Below, piece after piece: positions 1 through 13,965 of a DNA stretch of 64,000 bases. The notes beneath the pieces are model-generated. The model made no database searches and was not told where the DNA came from. It saw only the letters and a program-made list of their open reading frames with translations. Within the stretch, counting starts at the first letter, position 1; the number at the start of each line of letters is the position of its first letter. The position numbers and the translations under genes are program-made. This stretch comes from Eledone cirrhosa (Eukaryota): the NCBI GenBank assembly GCA_964016885.1, contig OZ024740.1, forward strand, positions 274,846,001-274,910,000, given 5' to 3'.

Positions 1-249
1 CGAAAGTTCAAGTATATTGAAGGGGCTTAAACCCTAAAAGCCCCTAAGTGCCGGAAGGCTTAAATGATCATAGCTTTATTTGATGAAAGTTGACCTAGGG
101 CAATATGACAACAAAACTAATCTGAGTTACTTCACCTTATCCCTCCACTGCTCGTCTAGGAAATGCAAATATTTGGTTTTCTTTATCTGACTGAGCCATA
201 AAAAAACACTGCAGAGATACACAGTTACAAGTACATATTTAGTAAATAA

Positions 250-490
250 TATTGCTTTCTAACTTTGGCATAAAGCTAAGATATATATATATATTTTTTT
301 GTCTGATGTTTCTATGTGGGGTGGGGTGGAATTGGTTGCAAGCAATCGATCAGACCAAGTCCAGTAATTGACTAGTAATTAATTTATCGACCAGAGAAGG
401 ATGAAAGGCAAAATTGCCTCTAGCGGGATTTGAACTAAAATCATAAAGAGACATAACTAAAGTACCGCGAGACATTTTGTCCAACTGCTC
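250..490 (-). mobile_element. Degraded tRNA-derived SINE (main family of this window)
   Basis: Contains diverged family motif TTTATCGACC..AAGGATGAAAGGCAAA..CCTC..CGGGATTTGAACT, i.e. B-box GTTCAAATCCC on the minus strand. Confidence 0.6.
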
Positions 491-941
491 TAATTTAATA
501 CATATAATATAAACTCCTTCATGTGGAAGTACATATAGATAAGATTACTGGCTTGGAAGAAGTATTAAAACACAAAACATTTTAAAATGGAAATAAATAA
601 ATAAAATATAAAATCCTTTGAGAGTGTAATTGCTTAATGTCCACTCTTTAATTATAAAATATAGTAAAACATTATATACATTAAAAACAAAATAATATAT
701 ACATACTCATCAGTTTTTCCTGTCTGAGAAACTGACTACATGTCGGAAAAATTCTAGAATAATAGGTTACTAGATTAGCCTTAATTAGCCCCCCACCCCC
801 CACCCCACACACTCACACACTCACACAAATTAGTAAATGTAGAGGAAAGTCTTTTACTTTTACTAATATACCCATTTTGCATCATATCAAGTAACTACTT
901 CTATGATTTGTGGTCTTCCCACTCCCAGTACCGCAGTTTAT

Positions 942-1016
<75 letters not shown>

Positions 1017-1111
1017 CTATCAGACCTCATATATAGGTTCAATCAGACCGTCTTCTTTGGAAACAATGAAATTAGAATCCTTATTGGTAGTATATAAACA
1101 CATATATAGGC

Positions 1112-1270
1112 ATATCATCATCATGATCATCATCGATTAACGTCCATCTTCCACGCTAGCATGGGTTAGACAGGTCCTATTTGAGGCAAATTGTGTTGGA
1201 TGACCGTATCTCACTCATATAGGGGTGTTTCTGGGTGGTTTTCTACGGCTGGATGCCCTTCCTAATGCCA
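1112..1270 (-). mobile_element. 3' part of SINE with (GAT)n tail
   Basis: Reverse complement of the GGTGTTAGGAAGGGCATCCAGCCGTAGAAA...GATGGACGTTAA(TGA)n tail seen at 6980-7100 and 8655-8815. Confidence 0.6.
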
Positions 1271-1311
1271 ACATATATTTATATATATATATATAGGATA
1301 GATATATATAT

Positions 1312-1439
<128 letters not shown>

Positions 1440-1605
1440 AGAGAGAGAGAGAGATAGAGAGATAGTGGGGGAGGGGAGCATGTATATTTAGAATTAGAAA
1501 ACAGCAAGCAGAATTTGAAATGGATTTAGAAGATCTCACTGTAATTTTGACTAAATAAAATAGTATCAACACACACAGATATACTGTATATATACATATA
1601 CAGAG

Positions 1606-1900
1606 TGGAGTGAAGGTGCATGACATAGTGGTTACATTACTTGGCTCTCAATTGCAAGGTTGTGAGTTTGATTTCCAGATAGCTTGGTGCATTATATATT
1701 TGAGCAAGACACTTTATTTCACACTACTTCAGTTTATTCAGCAAACAAAAAATATTTGTACCTGTAATTCAAGGAACCACCCATTGTATCACACTGAATT
1801 TCCCTGAAGAATGCTCAGTCACTTACACGTTAATTTCACGAGTAGACAATTCTGTTGACTGAATTAACTGGAGCGCATGTCATTGGGAATGACAAAAGAC
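1606..1900 (+). mobile_element. Degraded tRNA/CORE-type SINE
   Basis: A-box-like TGACATAGTGG, degenerate B-box, CORE-like TTGAGCAAGACACTTTATTTCAC shared with 6839 and 7497. Confidence 0.55.
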
Positions 1901-3054
1901 TAACTCCAGCAACAATATATGAATATATATGTTTGTGTGTGTATGTATACATATATGTATATATATATATATTTATATATATATATATACTATTCCCCAA
2001 CCCTTTCTTGAAATAGTTTGCAGCTGTCGCAAATGTTCTTTTGTCTGAGAAGATGCTAGAAATATTTTAATCAATATTGCTGACATCTTTCCTAGACACG
2101 GTAAATGGATGTTTGAGTTTTCTATCGATGTAAATGACTTTATTGTTGTGCTTTCTCTATGGTATATATTTACCTGTGGATATAAAGCACAACAATAGGG
2201 TTACATCTACAAAGTTGACTATTTTAATTACTCATTAAATGTTTTCTTATTCTATCAAAGTCATGTCCATTTTTAATGTTGGAGATAGCGAGACCATCAT
2301 CTATATACAAGCCTATATGCAACTTATGACATCTCGATTAATGTTTATCAAGGGTATTAAAATTCTCTAGCCAATGTAGAATAACAGGATTTAATATGGT
2401 TAGACATTTGAATTATAGTTATAACCCACATAAACACATAGAGAGAGCAGGGGAATATTTATATCAATACTGGAATAGTATTTGACCTCAAAAAGATAAA
2501 ATGAAATGTTGACTTCAGCAGGATTTTAACACAGAGTGTAAAGATCCAGAACAATGTTGCATGCCTGTATCCAATGTTCTTATGATTCAGCAAATCTGTT
2601 GCTCAAGTTAAATATATTCAGAAACTATGACAGTATTGGTTCAGATATGTGATGTGATGTGTAGATGAAGGCTGTGTGTGTATGTGATTTGTGCTGTCAG
2701 AGGGGAAATGAAGACTAATTAAAACATGGGGATACATATGAACTCAGTCCACAAAACACTAAGCCAAATATATGAAAGGACAAAATACTGATGAATGCCA
2801 GTATAGTGTTATATGGCAGACTTGTCTAACTTATGACTGCATGAGAATAACATGTTAAAATGTTGAAGATTATAATCATGATGATGATCAAGATGGCAAT
2901 CATAACGATGATGAAGATGATGATGATAATGATGACAACAACGATGTGATGACAATGATGATACCCTTTTCTCTGCAAATTTCTGGCTTCATATAGATAG
3001 AGCTGATAAAATCTCTATTGTTATTTTTAGTTGTTTTATCATCTTCTTTACCAT

Positions 3055-3218
3055 TGCTATTGCTATCACCACCTACACCACCACCACCACCACCACTGCA
3101 ACTACCACCACCACCACCACCACCACCACCACCACCACCACCACCATCCCCACCATCATTATCATCAAAGTGGTCTTCGTTGTTACCGTCATCACCATCA
3201 CCATCACCATCATCATCA

Positions 3219-3249
<31 letters not shown>

Positions 3250-3275
3250 CATCATCCTCATCATCATCATCGTCA
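3055..3275. repeat. (CAC)n/(CAT)n trinucleotide microsatellite
   Basis: Visible directly; source of the poly-Pro, poly-His and poly-Ser pseudo-ORFs. Confidence 0.95.
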
Positions 3276-4316
3276 TTGTCGACAATTATATATCAGATAA
3301 TGTTTGAAGCGGTTAGAAGAATGTTATAGTTATCACAGAAAAATAGAATCTCTAGGGACAAGCTTTCTGTTTTCCAAACTGTATTTCTGTTAAAGGAAAA
3401 GATTTCCTCATCAACAGAAGCATATCAAAAGCCTCATAGACATGTTTTTTTTTTTTTTATCTTCAGTCAATTATACAGCTATGTAATATTCCACTGATAC
3501 AGAGAATTGTGACAGAATAGAGTCTAAACTATATGTGAATTGAAACATACACAAACAAATACAGACACACACACACACACACGCTTGTGTGTGTATATAT
3601 ATTTATATATATATATATATTTGTAAATATGTTTGCATGCATATATGTTTATATATATATATATATTTATATATATGTACACACACACACTTTGGTATAT
3701 CCCTTTCTGTCTGTCTTTCTCTATTTCTGTGTATGTATGTATATATATATATATATATATACGTGAGTGTGTATATATATATATATATATATACACACAC
3801 ATATGTGTGTGTTGGTATGTGGGTATGTGTGTATTGCTAGCTAGATAGATAGACAGATAAATACACACACATGCACTCATACATGTATGTATAAGTATGT
3901 GTTTTGCATTTTTGCATGTTTGCATGCATGTGCATTTGCATGTACATGCTAGTGTATGTATGTCTGTATGTAGTAAGGTATGGATGTATTCTGCATTTCA
4001 TACAATGCAAACTGCAGCAGACTTAAGTAAAATAACATGAAATTTCATTGAAGTTCCATAGTAGGGATTTTCATTGGGGACTAGTGTAAAAGTGATAAAT
4101 GGCCATCGATATAATAATAATTGCAGTTAGGTAGAGCAGAGAATGAATGAAGACAAGTCACCTATAGAAATCATTGGAGTATACAGATGGAAGCTGTGAA
4201 ATCTCCCTGTTGAATTTGGTAAGAAAAAGCCCACTTTTGTAAATTTTCTGAGAATTTAGAGTAAATCACAATTGTGGAATTTGAGGGAAAAAAATGAAAA
4301 CAAAAGCTGAGAATTA

Positions 4317-4317
<1 letters not shown>

Positions 4318-4398
<81 letters not shown>

Positions 4399-4415
4399 AT
4401 ATATATGTGTTCTAA

Positions 4416-4472
<57 letters not shown>

Positions 4473-4556
4473 TACATATATGTATATGTATGTGTGTATA
4501 TATATATGTATATATATATATATATTTATGTATATGTATGTGTGTGTATATATATG

Positions 4557-4610
<54 letters not shown>

Positions 4611-4635
4611 CATATATACATATATATATATACAC

Positions 4636-4680
<45 letters not shown>

Positions 4681-4812
4681 CATATATATATACATATATA
4701 TATATATACACATATATATATATATATACACATATATATATATACATATATTTTGTGTATTATATATATATTTGTGTGTATATATATATATATTTGTGTA
4801 TATGTATGTGTT

Positions 4813-4894
<82 letters not shown>

Positions 4895-5059
4895 ATCATC
4901 ATCATTTACAATCTATTTTCCATAAATATATATGTGTGTGTGCGCGCACAAACATATATTTTTTTACACATATTTGTCCAACCCATGCCAGCATGTAAAA
5001 GGATTTGCAAAAAAGATGATGATATATACTCATATATATATATATATATACACACATAC

Positions 5060-5097
<38 letters not shown>

Positions 5098-5304
5098 GAG
5101 TATATATATATAAATATATAAATATACACATATACATATATATGTAAATTAATATATTAATATATATACACGTATACATATATATTTGTTTGTATTTATA
5201 TACTTATCCGCATATGAATGTATGTCAATATATGTATATAATACAATACAAAAACTACATCTTTATAATATAGCCAAAGTTTGTATAGTGTCAGACTTGC
5301 ATGA

Positions 5305-5358
<54 letters not shown>

Positions 5359-5590
5359 ATATATATATGTATATATATGTGTGTGTGTGTGTGTATATAT
5401 ATATGTATATATGTACATATATATATATATGTGTATATATATATATATATACATATATGTATATATATGTGTGTATATATATATATACATATATGTATAT
5501 ATATGTGTGTATATATATATATATATATGTGTGTATATATATATACATATATGTATATATTTGTGTACATATATATATATTTATATGAAT
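4318..5590. repeat. Compound (TG)n/(TA)n/(GA)n microsatellite field
   Basis: Visible directly; representative of many such tracts (e.g. 944-1010, 14367-15310, 22354-22705, 44490-44760, 58965-59360). Confidence 0.95.
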
Positions 5591-6072
5591 GTATCTGTAT
5601 ATATTCTTTATTTTTTACTCTTTTATACATACATATACACATGCACATACACACTAATACATAGGCATATATACACTCCTGTATCTATATTCCCTTATGT
5701 GAATTATCACCTAAGTGTTTAAACATGCATATTATATTTATGTGTTATGCATATGCATATATTTAATCTTGTGTTTCTTTCTATTATTCACCCCAGTCTT
5801 CTCACACCCTTTAATATCATTATCAATATCAACACATCATCATGAATGCCATCATCATTATCACATCTGCTACGCCCACCACAGCTAACAACTCCATCAC
5901 CACCACCACCACCACCACCACCACCACAATCCCACTACCACCCAACTACTAACATCACCATCATCATCATCATCATCATCATTATTACAACTACTATTAT
6001 TTAATCTCCACATGGACCAGATTTTTTTTTTAATAAAGCCCAAATACATACACTCAAACGCATGCATATACG

Positions 6073-6110
<38 letters not shown>

Positions 6111-6359
6111 GGCAGAAAAAAATATACCCCAAAATTCTTTTGACATGTTGTTTTTATTATATTATTTCTATTATTATTATATTTTATTATTATTATCATT
6201 AACAATAATAATACTGATGATGATGATGATGATGATGATATATCAAGAAAAATTTACCATAAAAACCAAATTATATATATGTGAAATGGTAAAATCTTCT
6301 ACCCACACATGAGTGACAAAAGATATTTCTATGTAAAATTCCAAGATGGATACATTTAT

Positions 6360-6690
6360 TCTTTTACTGGCTTCAGTCATTAATTCAATTGTGGCCATTC
6401 TGGGGCACAGCCATAAAGTGATTTAGTTAAACATATCGATTTCATTTCTGATTTTTTTTTTTACAAAATGCTGAGTTACAAGGCTTAAACAAACACCTGC
6501 ACATACATACATAAATACATACACAAACACATTAATATATCATACATACACCCACACAGTGGTCTTCTGTGCAGTTTCCATCTACCGAATTTCATTCACA
6601 AGGCATTGCTCAACCAGGGTCTATAGTAGAAGACATTTGTCCAAGTGCCATATGGTGTGACTAAACTTGAGACCCTGTGCATTAGAAAAT
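6360..6690 (-). mobile_element. Degraded SINE (second family)
   Basis: CAGTTTCC.TCTAC..AATTTCA.TCACAAG.CATTG.TCAAC segment is repeated at 9360-9450. Confidence 0.5.
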
Positions 6691-6709
6691 ACTTAGGTCT
6701 CTCTTTCTT

Positions 6710-6791
<82 letters not shown>

Positions 6792-6821
6792 TCTCTCTCT
6801 CTCTCTCTGTATGTGAAATAA

Positions 6822-7100
6822 AGTGTCTTGTTGTTTCCTTGAGCAAGACACTTTATTTCACATTGCTCCAGTTTACTCAGCTGTAGAAATGAGATGATAG
6901 GACTGAGGTCCCTATCATTCCACTGTAAAGTGGTCGTGGAGGTGCCACGGCAAAAAAGCACCCAGCACGCACTGTAAATGAGGTTGGTGTTAGGAAGGGT
7001 ATCCAGCTGTAGAAATCAAGCCAGAATCAGTTTCCGTCCCACCCTTGCAAGCAGGGAAAAGCGGACGTAAAATGAAATGATGATGATGATGATGATGATA
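6822..7100 (+). mobile_element. CORE-type SINE 3' part with (GAT)n tail
   Basis: CORE-like CCTTGAGCAAGACACTTTATTTC, then GGTTGGTGTTAGGAAGGG..CCAGCTGTAGAAA and (ATG)n. Confidence 0.6.
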
Positions 7101-7410
7101 TTGTTATATTTGGGAATGTTCATTTTGCCAGTATCACCCATAAAAATACACACCCACAGACACCATATGAATTTTGCTTGCTATTCGTTCACTTGTCACA
7201 CATTCTGTGACCTCCTCAATGACTATCTGTTCTCTTTTGTGCCTCCTGATCTTTCTGGTCTTAATGAACTATAAACATAAAGTGAAAATCATATGGTCCG
7301 TGTGTTTCTTTTTATCGACAATACTGTCAAAATCACTATCCCCAAATATAACATTATTGGTTTCAACACACGATTTCACATCAAGAATCTTGCACTACAA
7401 ATACATAGAC

Positions 7411-7692
7411 GTGGAGGCACGTGGCCTAGTGGTAAGGGTGTTGGACTTACGATCATAATGTCGTGGGTTCAAATCCTGGGTTGCGTGTTGTGTTCTTGAG
7501 CAAAACACTTCATTTCATGTTGCTTCAGTATACTCAGCTGAAAATGAGTACAGGCAATAGCTGGGAGTTTAACCATGTGATGGATTGGCATCCTGTCCAG
7601 GGGAAGTCTTGTACTCTCAGTTGCTCCATGTCATGAAACCGGGATAAGCACTGACCAAATGAGTCTTCTGGCGTAAGACAGACTTTAGACTT
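7411..7692 (+). mobile_element. Near full-length tRNA-derived CORE SINE
   Basis: A-box TGGCCTAGTGGT, B-box GGTTCAAATCC, CORE-like TGTTCTTGAGCAAAACACTT, GATGGATTGGCATCCTGTCCAGGGG block, short repeated (AGACTTT) tail. Confidence 0.7.
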
Positions 7693-7710
7693 TAGATATA
7701 TATATATATA

Positions 7711-7970
7711 CATGGTGGCTGCCAACTCGTTTTCGAGTATGGCCACTACTTTATATCGATGTAGGAGAACCCCTACCGATGCGCTGAATGAGTGGGATTT
7801 TTAGTCCAGCCAGCGACTTGAAAACTCTGGTACAATCACTACACTTGTGACAATGATTGACACATAGTGCTGGGCCCATGGTACCATGTGACGACAAGTA
7901 CAGAGAGATCTCCAGATATAAAGCAATGCCTGTGTCGTGAAGCTTTTATAGTGAGCAAAGGCACTGCACA
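7711..7970 (-). mobile_element. 5'-truncated copy of the ~600-bp RTE-derived non-autonomous element
   Basis: Near-identical to 29644-29903; flanked by (TA)n. Confidence 0.8.
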
Positions 7971-7985
7971 ATATATATATATATA

Positions 7986-8420
7986 CAAACAGCAATGCTA
8001 CATGGCAGTGAGACATGGGCATTGCGTGCAGGAGACCTGCGCAGACTGGAAAGGAACAAAGCATGCATGCTCCGTTGGATGTGTAATTGTAATATATGTG
8101 AACGGCAAAGCATAAATGAACTAAATGAGAAATTAGGAATAAGAGGGATCAGATGCTGTTCACTTGAGAGAAGACTACGTTGGTATGGTCACGTGATGCG
8201 CATGAAAGACGACAGCTGCATAAAAAAGTGCAGGGCGATCAAAATTGATGATAGTTACGGAGTAGGTAGACACAGAAAAAACTGGGATGATCTGATAAAT
8301 TCTGACCTTACACACTTGCACCTCTCTAAGACAATCTTACTGGACCGAGATCTTTGGCGCTATGCACTAATACAGAAGACCCGCTTTGCCTATGTACAAA
8401 GCGAAACCTACAGTCAGTAG
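7986..8420 (+). pseudogene. RTE-clade LINE reverse transcriptase C-terminal fragment
   Basis: MLHGSETW...LERN..MLRWMC...RRLRWYGHVMR...GR.RK.W motifs typical of the RTE ORF C-terminus. Confidence 0.85.
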
Positions 8421-8589
8421 GCACCTCTTAACCAAATATACACCCCAATCCACTACCCCTACCCTGTCCTCCCACCACCCTCTCTCTGTAAAGTTGGTAC
8501 CACAACATCCAGTCCAAATAAATGAGATAATGAGATTGAGATTGTGTAGGTGTCACGATAAAAAAAAACAAAAAAAAAAACTACTCACA

Positions 8590-9330
8590 GTCCACGCTGT
8601 AATGTGGCCGTGTAGGTAACACGGTAAAAAGTTCCCAGTTCCACATTGTAAATGTGGTTGGTGTTAGGAAGGGCATCCAGCCGTAGAAAACCTCCCAGAT
8701 AGTCCTATACGAGCGAGACACGGTCACCTGACCAACCTTGACTCAAGTGGCACAACTCCCGTCTAACCCATGCTAGCGTGGAAGATGGATGTTAAACGAT
8801 GATGATGATGATGATACAAACCCAGCCAACACACAGTCCCATTTGAGCATGGTACGATGTGGCCAATTGGACTTACTTGTGTCACAACGATGCCAACCAG
8901 TTCTACACTGTACATGTGGTTGGCAGTAGGAAGGGCATCTAGCTACCGTAAAAGCCCAGCCCAAATAGGGCCCCACTATGCGCAAGGCATGAGCAGTCAA
9001 CTGGCCAGATATCCCTCATAATGGGACCACCCAGCTCTCAAATTACAGTTGTGATATGAGCAGGGTACAGTGTAGCCAACTGACCAGACCCTTTTCATAA
9101 CTGTGCCACGCAGTTCTACACTGTAAATGTGGTTGGTGTTAGGAAGGGTATCCTGCTGCAAAAATCCCAGCTGAAATACAGTTCCATCTCTATCAAGGTA
9201 TGGCAAGGCCAGACTTGTCTCATGATGAGGAGAACCTGTCTAATCCATTCAAGCAGGGAAAAGACATTAAATGGTGATGATGATGATACATACATAACCC
9301 ATGCAAGCATGGAGAATAGATGTAAAAACA
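8590..9330 (+). mobile_element. Cluster of three SINE 3' parts with (GAT)n tails
   Basis: Recurrent CAGTTC.ACA.TGTA.ATGTGGTTGG..TAGGAAGGG.ATC at about 8636, 8898 and 9111. Confidence 0.6.
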
Positions 9331-9639
9331 GGGATGATGTTACCTATAATGGAATTCTGCACAGTTTCCAGCTACTAAGTTTCCTTCACAAGTCATTGGT
9401 CAACGTGAGTCTGTAGTGGAAGATAGACAATTACCCAAGATGCCATCCAGTGAAACTCTACTCAAAAACATATCCTTGTCAAACAATGTTAATATAGCAA
9501 AAAATATAAACAGAATGAAAACAAAGTAAAAACAACACAATTTGAAAGTAAATAAAAATGAAAGATTAACAAACTAATAAACACGAAATAAACAACTCAA
9601 ACGTGAAATATAGTTTTTGGTGCTGTGGAGACTGAGACA

Positions 9640-10190
9640 CTCGTCCTCTCAAGGAGTCCTGAGTAATGCACTCTACATGCGAGTTGAGTTCCATTGAAGT
9701 TCAAGTATCTCAGGGCTGTGTTCTCAAGTCATGGAAATCAGAAGACTGAATTAAGTGCAAGAATTGCAGGAGCTGGTGCAGTAATTTTCCATCTTCAGCA
9801 TTCAGTTATCAGAAGAAGTGATGTAGGTGTAATAGCCAAACTTGCTATCTTCAATTTGGTGTTCATGCCTACCCTTACTGATGGTCCTGAATCTTGGGTA
9901 ATGACCGATGAATACGATTGCAAATACAAGCAGCCAAAATAGGGTCTTTGGAGTAATGTTACCCAATGGAGTGAGTAGCTCAGAAGTGAAATTATCACTG
10001 CAGGTAGAGCCGCTACTTCTTTGAATTGAGAGGTCACAGCTCTGCTTTGGGGATGCGGTTACAATGTCTCAGGAAAGAATTGCTGGACAGAATTTAAGGG
10101 CAATAAACCACCTGGCAGGAGACCCAGAGGTAGATCCCGAGTAAGATGGTTGGAGAACAACCATGAGCTCAGCTGGTCTTGCTCAGGGAT
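9640..10190 (+). pseudogene. Degraded RTE-clade RT fragment
   Basis: KFKYL....S.G....E...RI..AG...P.LT.G.ESWVMT, followed by RP.GR...RW-like coding near 10110-10155; contains stops. Confidence 0.75.
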
Positions 10191-10204
10191 CCAACTCATA
10201 AGGA

Positions 10205-12196
10205 AGAAAGGGAAAGCTAACCTCAGCAGGATTTGAACTCTCTGAATGTAAAGGGATGTAACTATATGCCAAACAGCATGTTTTCTGATGCTCTACCAAT
10301 ACTGTCAATTCAACAACAATAGTAATAATTGTTTCTACTTTTGGCACAAGGCCCAGCAATTATCCCAGTGCATTACTGGTACTTTATTTTATCGACCCCG
10401 TAAAGATGAAAGGCAAAGTTAACCTCGGCAGGATTTGAACTCAGAAAGGCAAGGGCCATAACTCTATACGTCAAAGCATGGCGTCCAACCCTCTGCCAAT
10501 ACTGCCAATCCACCGCCCTAATAATGGTTTCTAATTTAGGCACAAGAACAACAATTTTGGAGGAGGGGAAGTCAATTAAATCATCCCCAGTGCATTACTG
10601 TTGCTTTATTTTATCGACCCTTTAAGGATGAAAGGTAAAGCTAACTTCATCAGTATTTGAAATCAGAACATAAAGGGCCATAACTATATGCTGTAAAGAA
10701 TGTGTTGTCTGACATTCTACCAATACTGCCATTATAACAACACTAGTAATAATTGTTTCTACTTTTGGCACAAGGCCAGGAATTACCCCAGTGCATTACT
10801 GGTACTTTATTTTATCGACCCCATAAGGATGAAAGGCAAAGTTAACCGTGGCAGGATTTGAACTCCGACCGTAAAGGGACGTAACTCTAAGCTGGAAAGC
10901 ATGGCGTCCAACAACACTAGTAATAATTGTTTCTACGTTAGGCACAAGGCCAGCAATTACCCAGTGTATTACTGGTACTTTATTTTATCGACCCCATAAA
11001 GATGAAAGGCAAAGTTAACCTCGGCAGTAATAATTGTTTCTACTTTAGGCACAAGGCCAGCAATTACCCAATGCATTACTGGTACTTTATTTTATCGACC
11101 CCGTAAGGATGAAAGGCAAAGTCAACCTCGGCGGGATTTGAACTCAGATCATAAAGGGACGTAACTATGCTTCGGCAGTAATAATGGTTTCTAATTTAGG
11201 CACAAGGTCATACATTTTTAGGGTGGGGAAGGGGTAATGTAATGCTCATTAAAATGATCTGGCATTTTGACAGAATCAGTAGAGCTTCGGACAAAATGAT
11301 TTGTGGAATAGAGTTATGACCCTTTATGTTCTGAGTTCAAATCCCACCGAGATTAGTTTTGCCTTTCATCCTTGTGGGGTCAACAAATAAAGCAATTTAA
11401 TTGCCATTACCCTCCCGTTCAAATTACTGGCTTTGTGCCTAAAGTAGCAACAATTATCTTTTATCAGCCCCCATAAGATATAAGGCAAAGTTGACTTCAG
11501 TGGGGTTTGACCTGAGAATGTAAAGGGCTGAAACACATAGTGCAAAGCATTTTGTCAGAAGCAGATTATTCTGCTTATCTATAGATAATCATGAGACAAA
11601 AATTATGATAATTATGAAGGGGACAATTATTATGGATTTGTTTTAATTAATTTAGCAGTATGGTGGTGGTGGTGATGGTGGTGATGATTGTGATGGTGAT
11701 AGTGGTGGCGTTGGCAATTTAGGGGAAGTGAAAGTTGACTATACTAATTCCCTGTACTTTATTGGTCCCTTATTTCATCGACTTGGTAAATTGGCAGTAT
11801 CAGTAAAGCATCAGACACCATGCTTTACAGCATAGAGTTATGACACTTTGCGTTTTGAGTTCAAATCCCACCGAGGTTAACTTTGCCTTTCATCTTTACG
11901 GGATCGATAAAATAAAGTACCAGTAATGCACTGGTTAATTGCTGGCCTAGTGCCAAAGGGTGATGTTAATGGAAATGATGATAATGATGAATATGATAAT
12001 GATAATAATTGTTTCTACTTTAGGCACGAGGCCAGCAATTATCCCAGTGCATTACTGATGGTTTATCTTATCGACCCTGTAATGATGAAAGGCAAAGTTA
12101 ACCTCGGCTGGATTTGAACTCAGAATATAAAGGGCCGTAACTCTATGCTGCAAAGCATGGCGTCCGATCCTCTACTGATACTGCCAATCCACCACC
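10205..12196. mobile_element. Pile of about 10 full and partial copies of the main tRNA-derived SINE, both orientations
   Basis: Repeated TTGTTTCTACTTT.GGCACAAGGCCAGCAATTA.CCAGTGCATTACTGGTACTTTATTTTATCGACCCC.TAAGGATGAAAGGCAAAGTTAACCTCGGC.GGATTTGAACTCAG; reverse strand gives A-box TGGCAGTATCGG and B-box GAGTTCAAATCC. Confidence 0.85.
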
Positions 12197-12223
12197 TTTT
12201 GATAATGATAATAATGTTGAACA

Positions 12224-12720
12224 TGTGAGGTGGGTTCAGCATGGCCAACGGGCCTGTCCCTCCTCACAATAGTGCCATCCAGTTCTGGCTGCCAAAACCA
12301 TTAGCTCCACTGTGAGGTGGGTTCAGCATGGCCAACGGGCCTGTCCCTCCTCACAACGGTGCCATCCAGTTCTGGCTGCCAAAACCATTAGCTCCACTGT
12401 GAGGTGCGTTCAGCATGGCCAACGGGCCTGTCCCTCCTCACAACGGTGCCATCCAGTTCTGGCTGCCAAAACCATTAGCTCCACTGTGAGGTGGGTTCAG
12501 CATGGCCAACGGGCCTGTCCCTCCTCACAACGGTGCCATCCAGTTCTGGCTGCCAAAACCATTAGCTCCACTGTGAGGTGCGTTCGGCATGGCCAACGGG
12601 CCTGTCCCTCCTCACAACGGTGCCATCCAGTTCTGGCTGCCAAAACCATTAGCTCCATTGTGAGGTGCGTTCAGCATGGCCAACGGGCCTGTCCCTCCTC
12701 ACAATAGTGCCATCCAGTTC
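12224..12720 (+). repeat. 87-bp tandem repeat, about 5.7 near-identical units
   Basis: Units start at 12224, 12311, 12398, 12485, 12572 and 12659. Confidence 0.95.
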
Positions 12721-13004
12721 CACACTGTTAATATGGTTGGTGTTAGGATGGGCATCCAGCTGTAAAATCTCCGGCCAAATTTACAGTCCCGTCAGAGCAA
12801 GTTACAACATGGCCAATTCTGGCCAGATATGTCTCCCAATGTGGATGACTCGTCTAACCCATGCAAGCATGAAACAATGGATGCTAAACAATGTTGATGA
12901 TGTTAATGATGATGATGATGTTAATGATGATGATGATGATGATGATAGTGGTGATGGCATATTGATTGTATGTCTGTTGGTGCTGCTGTTAAAGATACTG
13001 CTGT

Positions 13005-13965
13005 TAAAGGTGGTGGTGGTGGTGGTGGTAGTGCTGCTGTTTGGGTGACAGTGGGTATGCTGCAGGTGTATTTTTGTTTTTGGTGGCGGAGGCGGCAGCG
13101 GTTGTGGTGGTGGTGGTGGTGGTGGTGGTGGTGGTGGTGGTGGTGGTGGTGGTGGTGGTGGTGTTGGTAGTGGTGCTTGGTTGAATGGTGACAGTGGTTA
13201 TGCTGCTGGTGTATTGTTGTTTTTGGTGGTGGTGGCAACAGTGGTGGTGGTGGTGTTGGTGATGGTGTTGGTAGTGGTGCTTGGTTGAATGGTGACAGTG
13301 GTTATGCTGCTGGTGTATTGTTGTTTTTGTTGGCGGCGGTGGTGAGGCAGTGTCGTTGATTGTGTTGGGGTAGTGGTGGTGGTGGTGGTGATGGTGCTGG
13401 TGGTGGTGGTGGTGTTGGTAGTGGTGCTTGGTTGAATGGTGACAGTGGTTATGCTGCTGGTGTATTTGTGTTTTTGTTGGCGGCAGTGGTGGTGGTGGTG
13501 AGGCGGTGTCGTTGGTGGTGGTGGTGGTGGTCTTGGTAGTGGTGGTGGTGGTGATGGTGTTGGTAGTGGTGGTGGTGGTGGTATTAGTGATGGTGTTAGT
13601 AGTGGTGCTTGGTTGAATGGTGACAGTAGGTATGCTGCTGGTGTATTTGTGTTGGTGGTGGTGGTGTTGGTGGTGGTGTTGGTGATGGTGGTGGTGGTGT
13701 TGGTGGTGTCGGTGGTGGTGGTGTTGGTGATGGTGGTGGTGGTGGTGGTGGTGTTGGTGGTGTTGATGGTGGTGGTGTTGATGGTGGTGGTGTTGATGGT
13801 GGTGGTGGTGATGGTGGTGGTGGTGGTGTTGGTGGTGGTGGTGTTGATGGTGGTGTTGATGGTGGTGGTGGTGGTGGTGGTGGTGTTGGTGGCGTTGGTG
13901 TTGTTAGTGGTGGTGTTAGTAGTGGTGCTTGGTTGAATGGTGACAGTAAGGTATGCTGCTGTAAT
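13005..13965. repeat. (GGT)n-rich minisatellite with a recurring ~55-bp module
   Basis: GTAGTGGTGCTTGGTTGAATGGTGACAGT.G.TATGCTGCTG recurs at about 13167, 13271, 13418, 13599 and 13918. Confidence 0.9.

Noticed and set aside
7411-7485. Possible tRNA gene (also the heads of the main SINE)
   Set aside because: A and B boxes continue into SINE body and tail, with no complete cloverleaf.
12224-12720. Possible CRISPR array or Cys/His repeat protein
   Set aside because: Units are contiguous with no unique spacers, there are no cas genes and the context is eukaryotic; the open frame follows from the 87-bp period.
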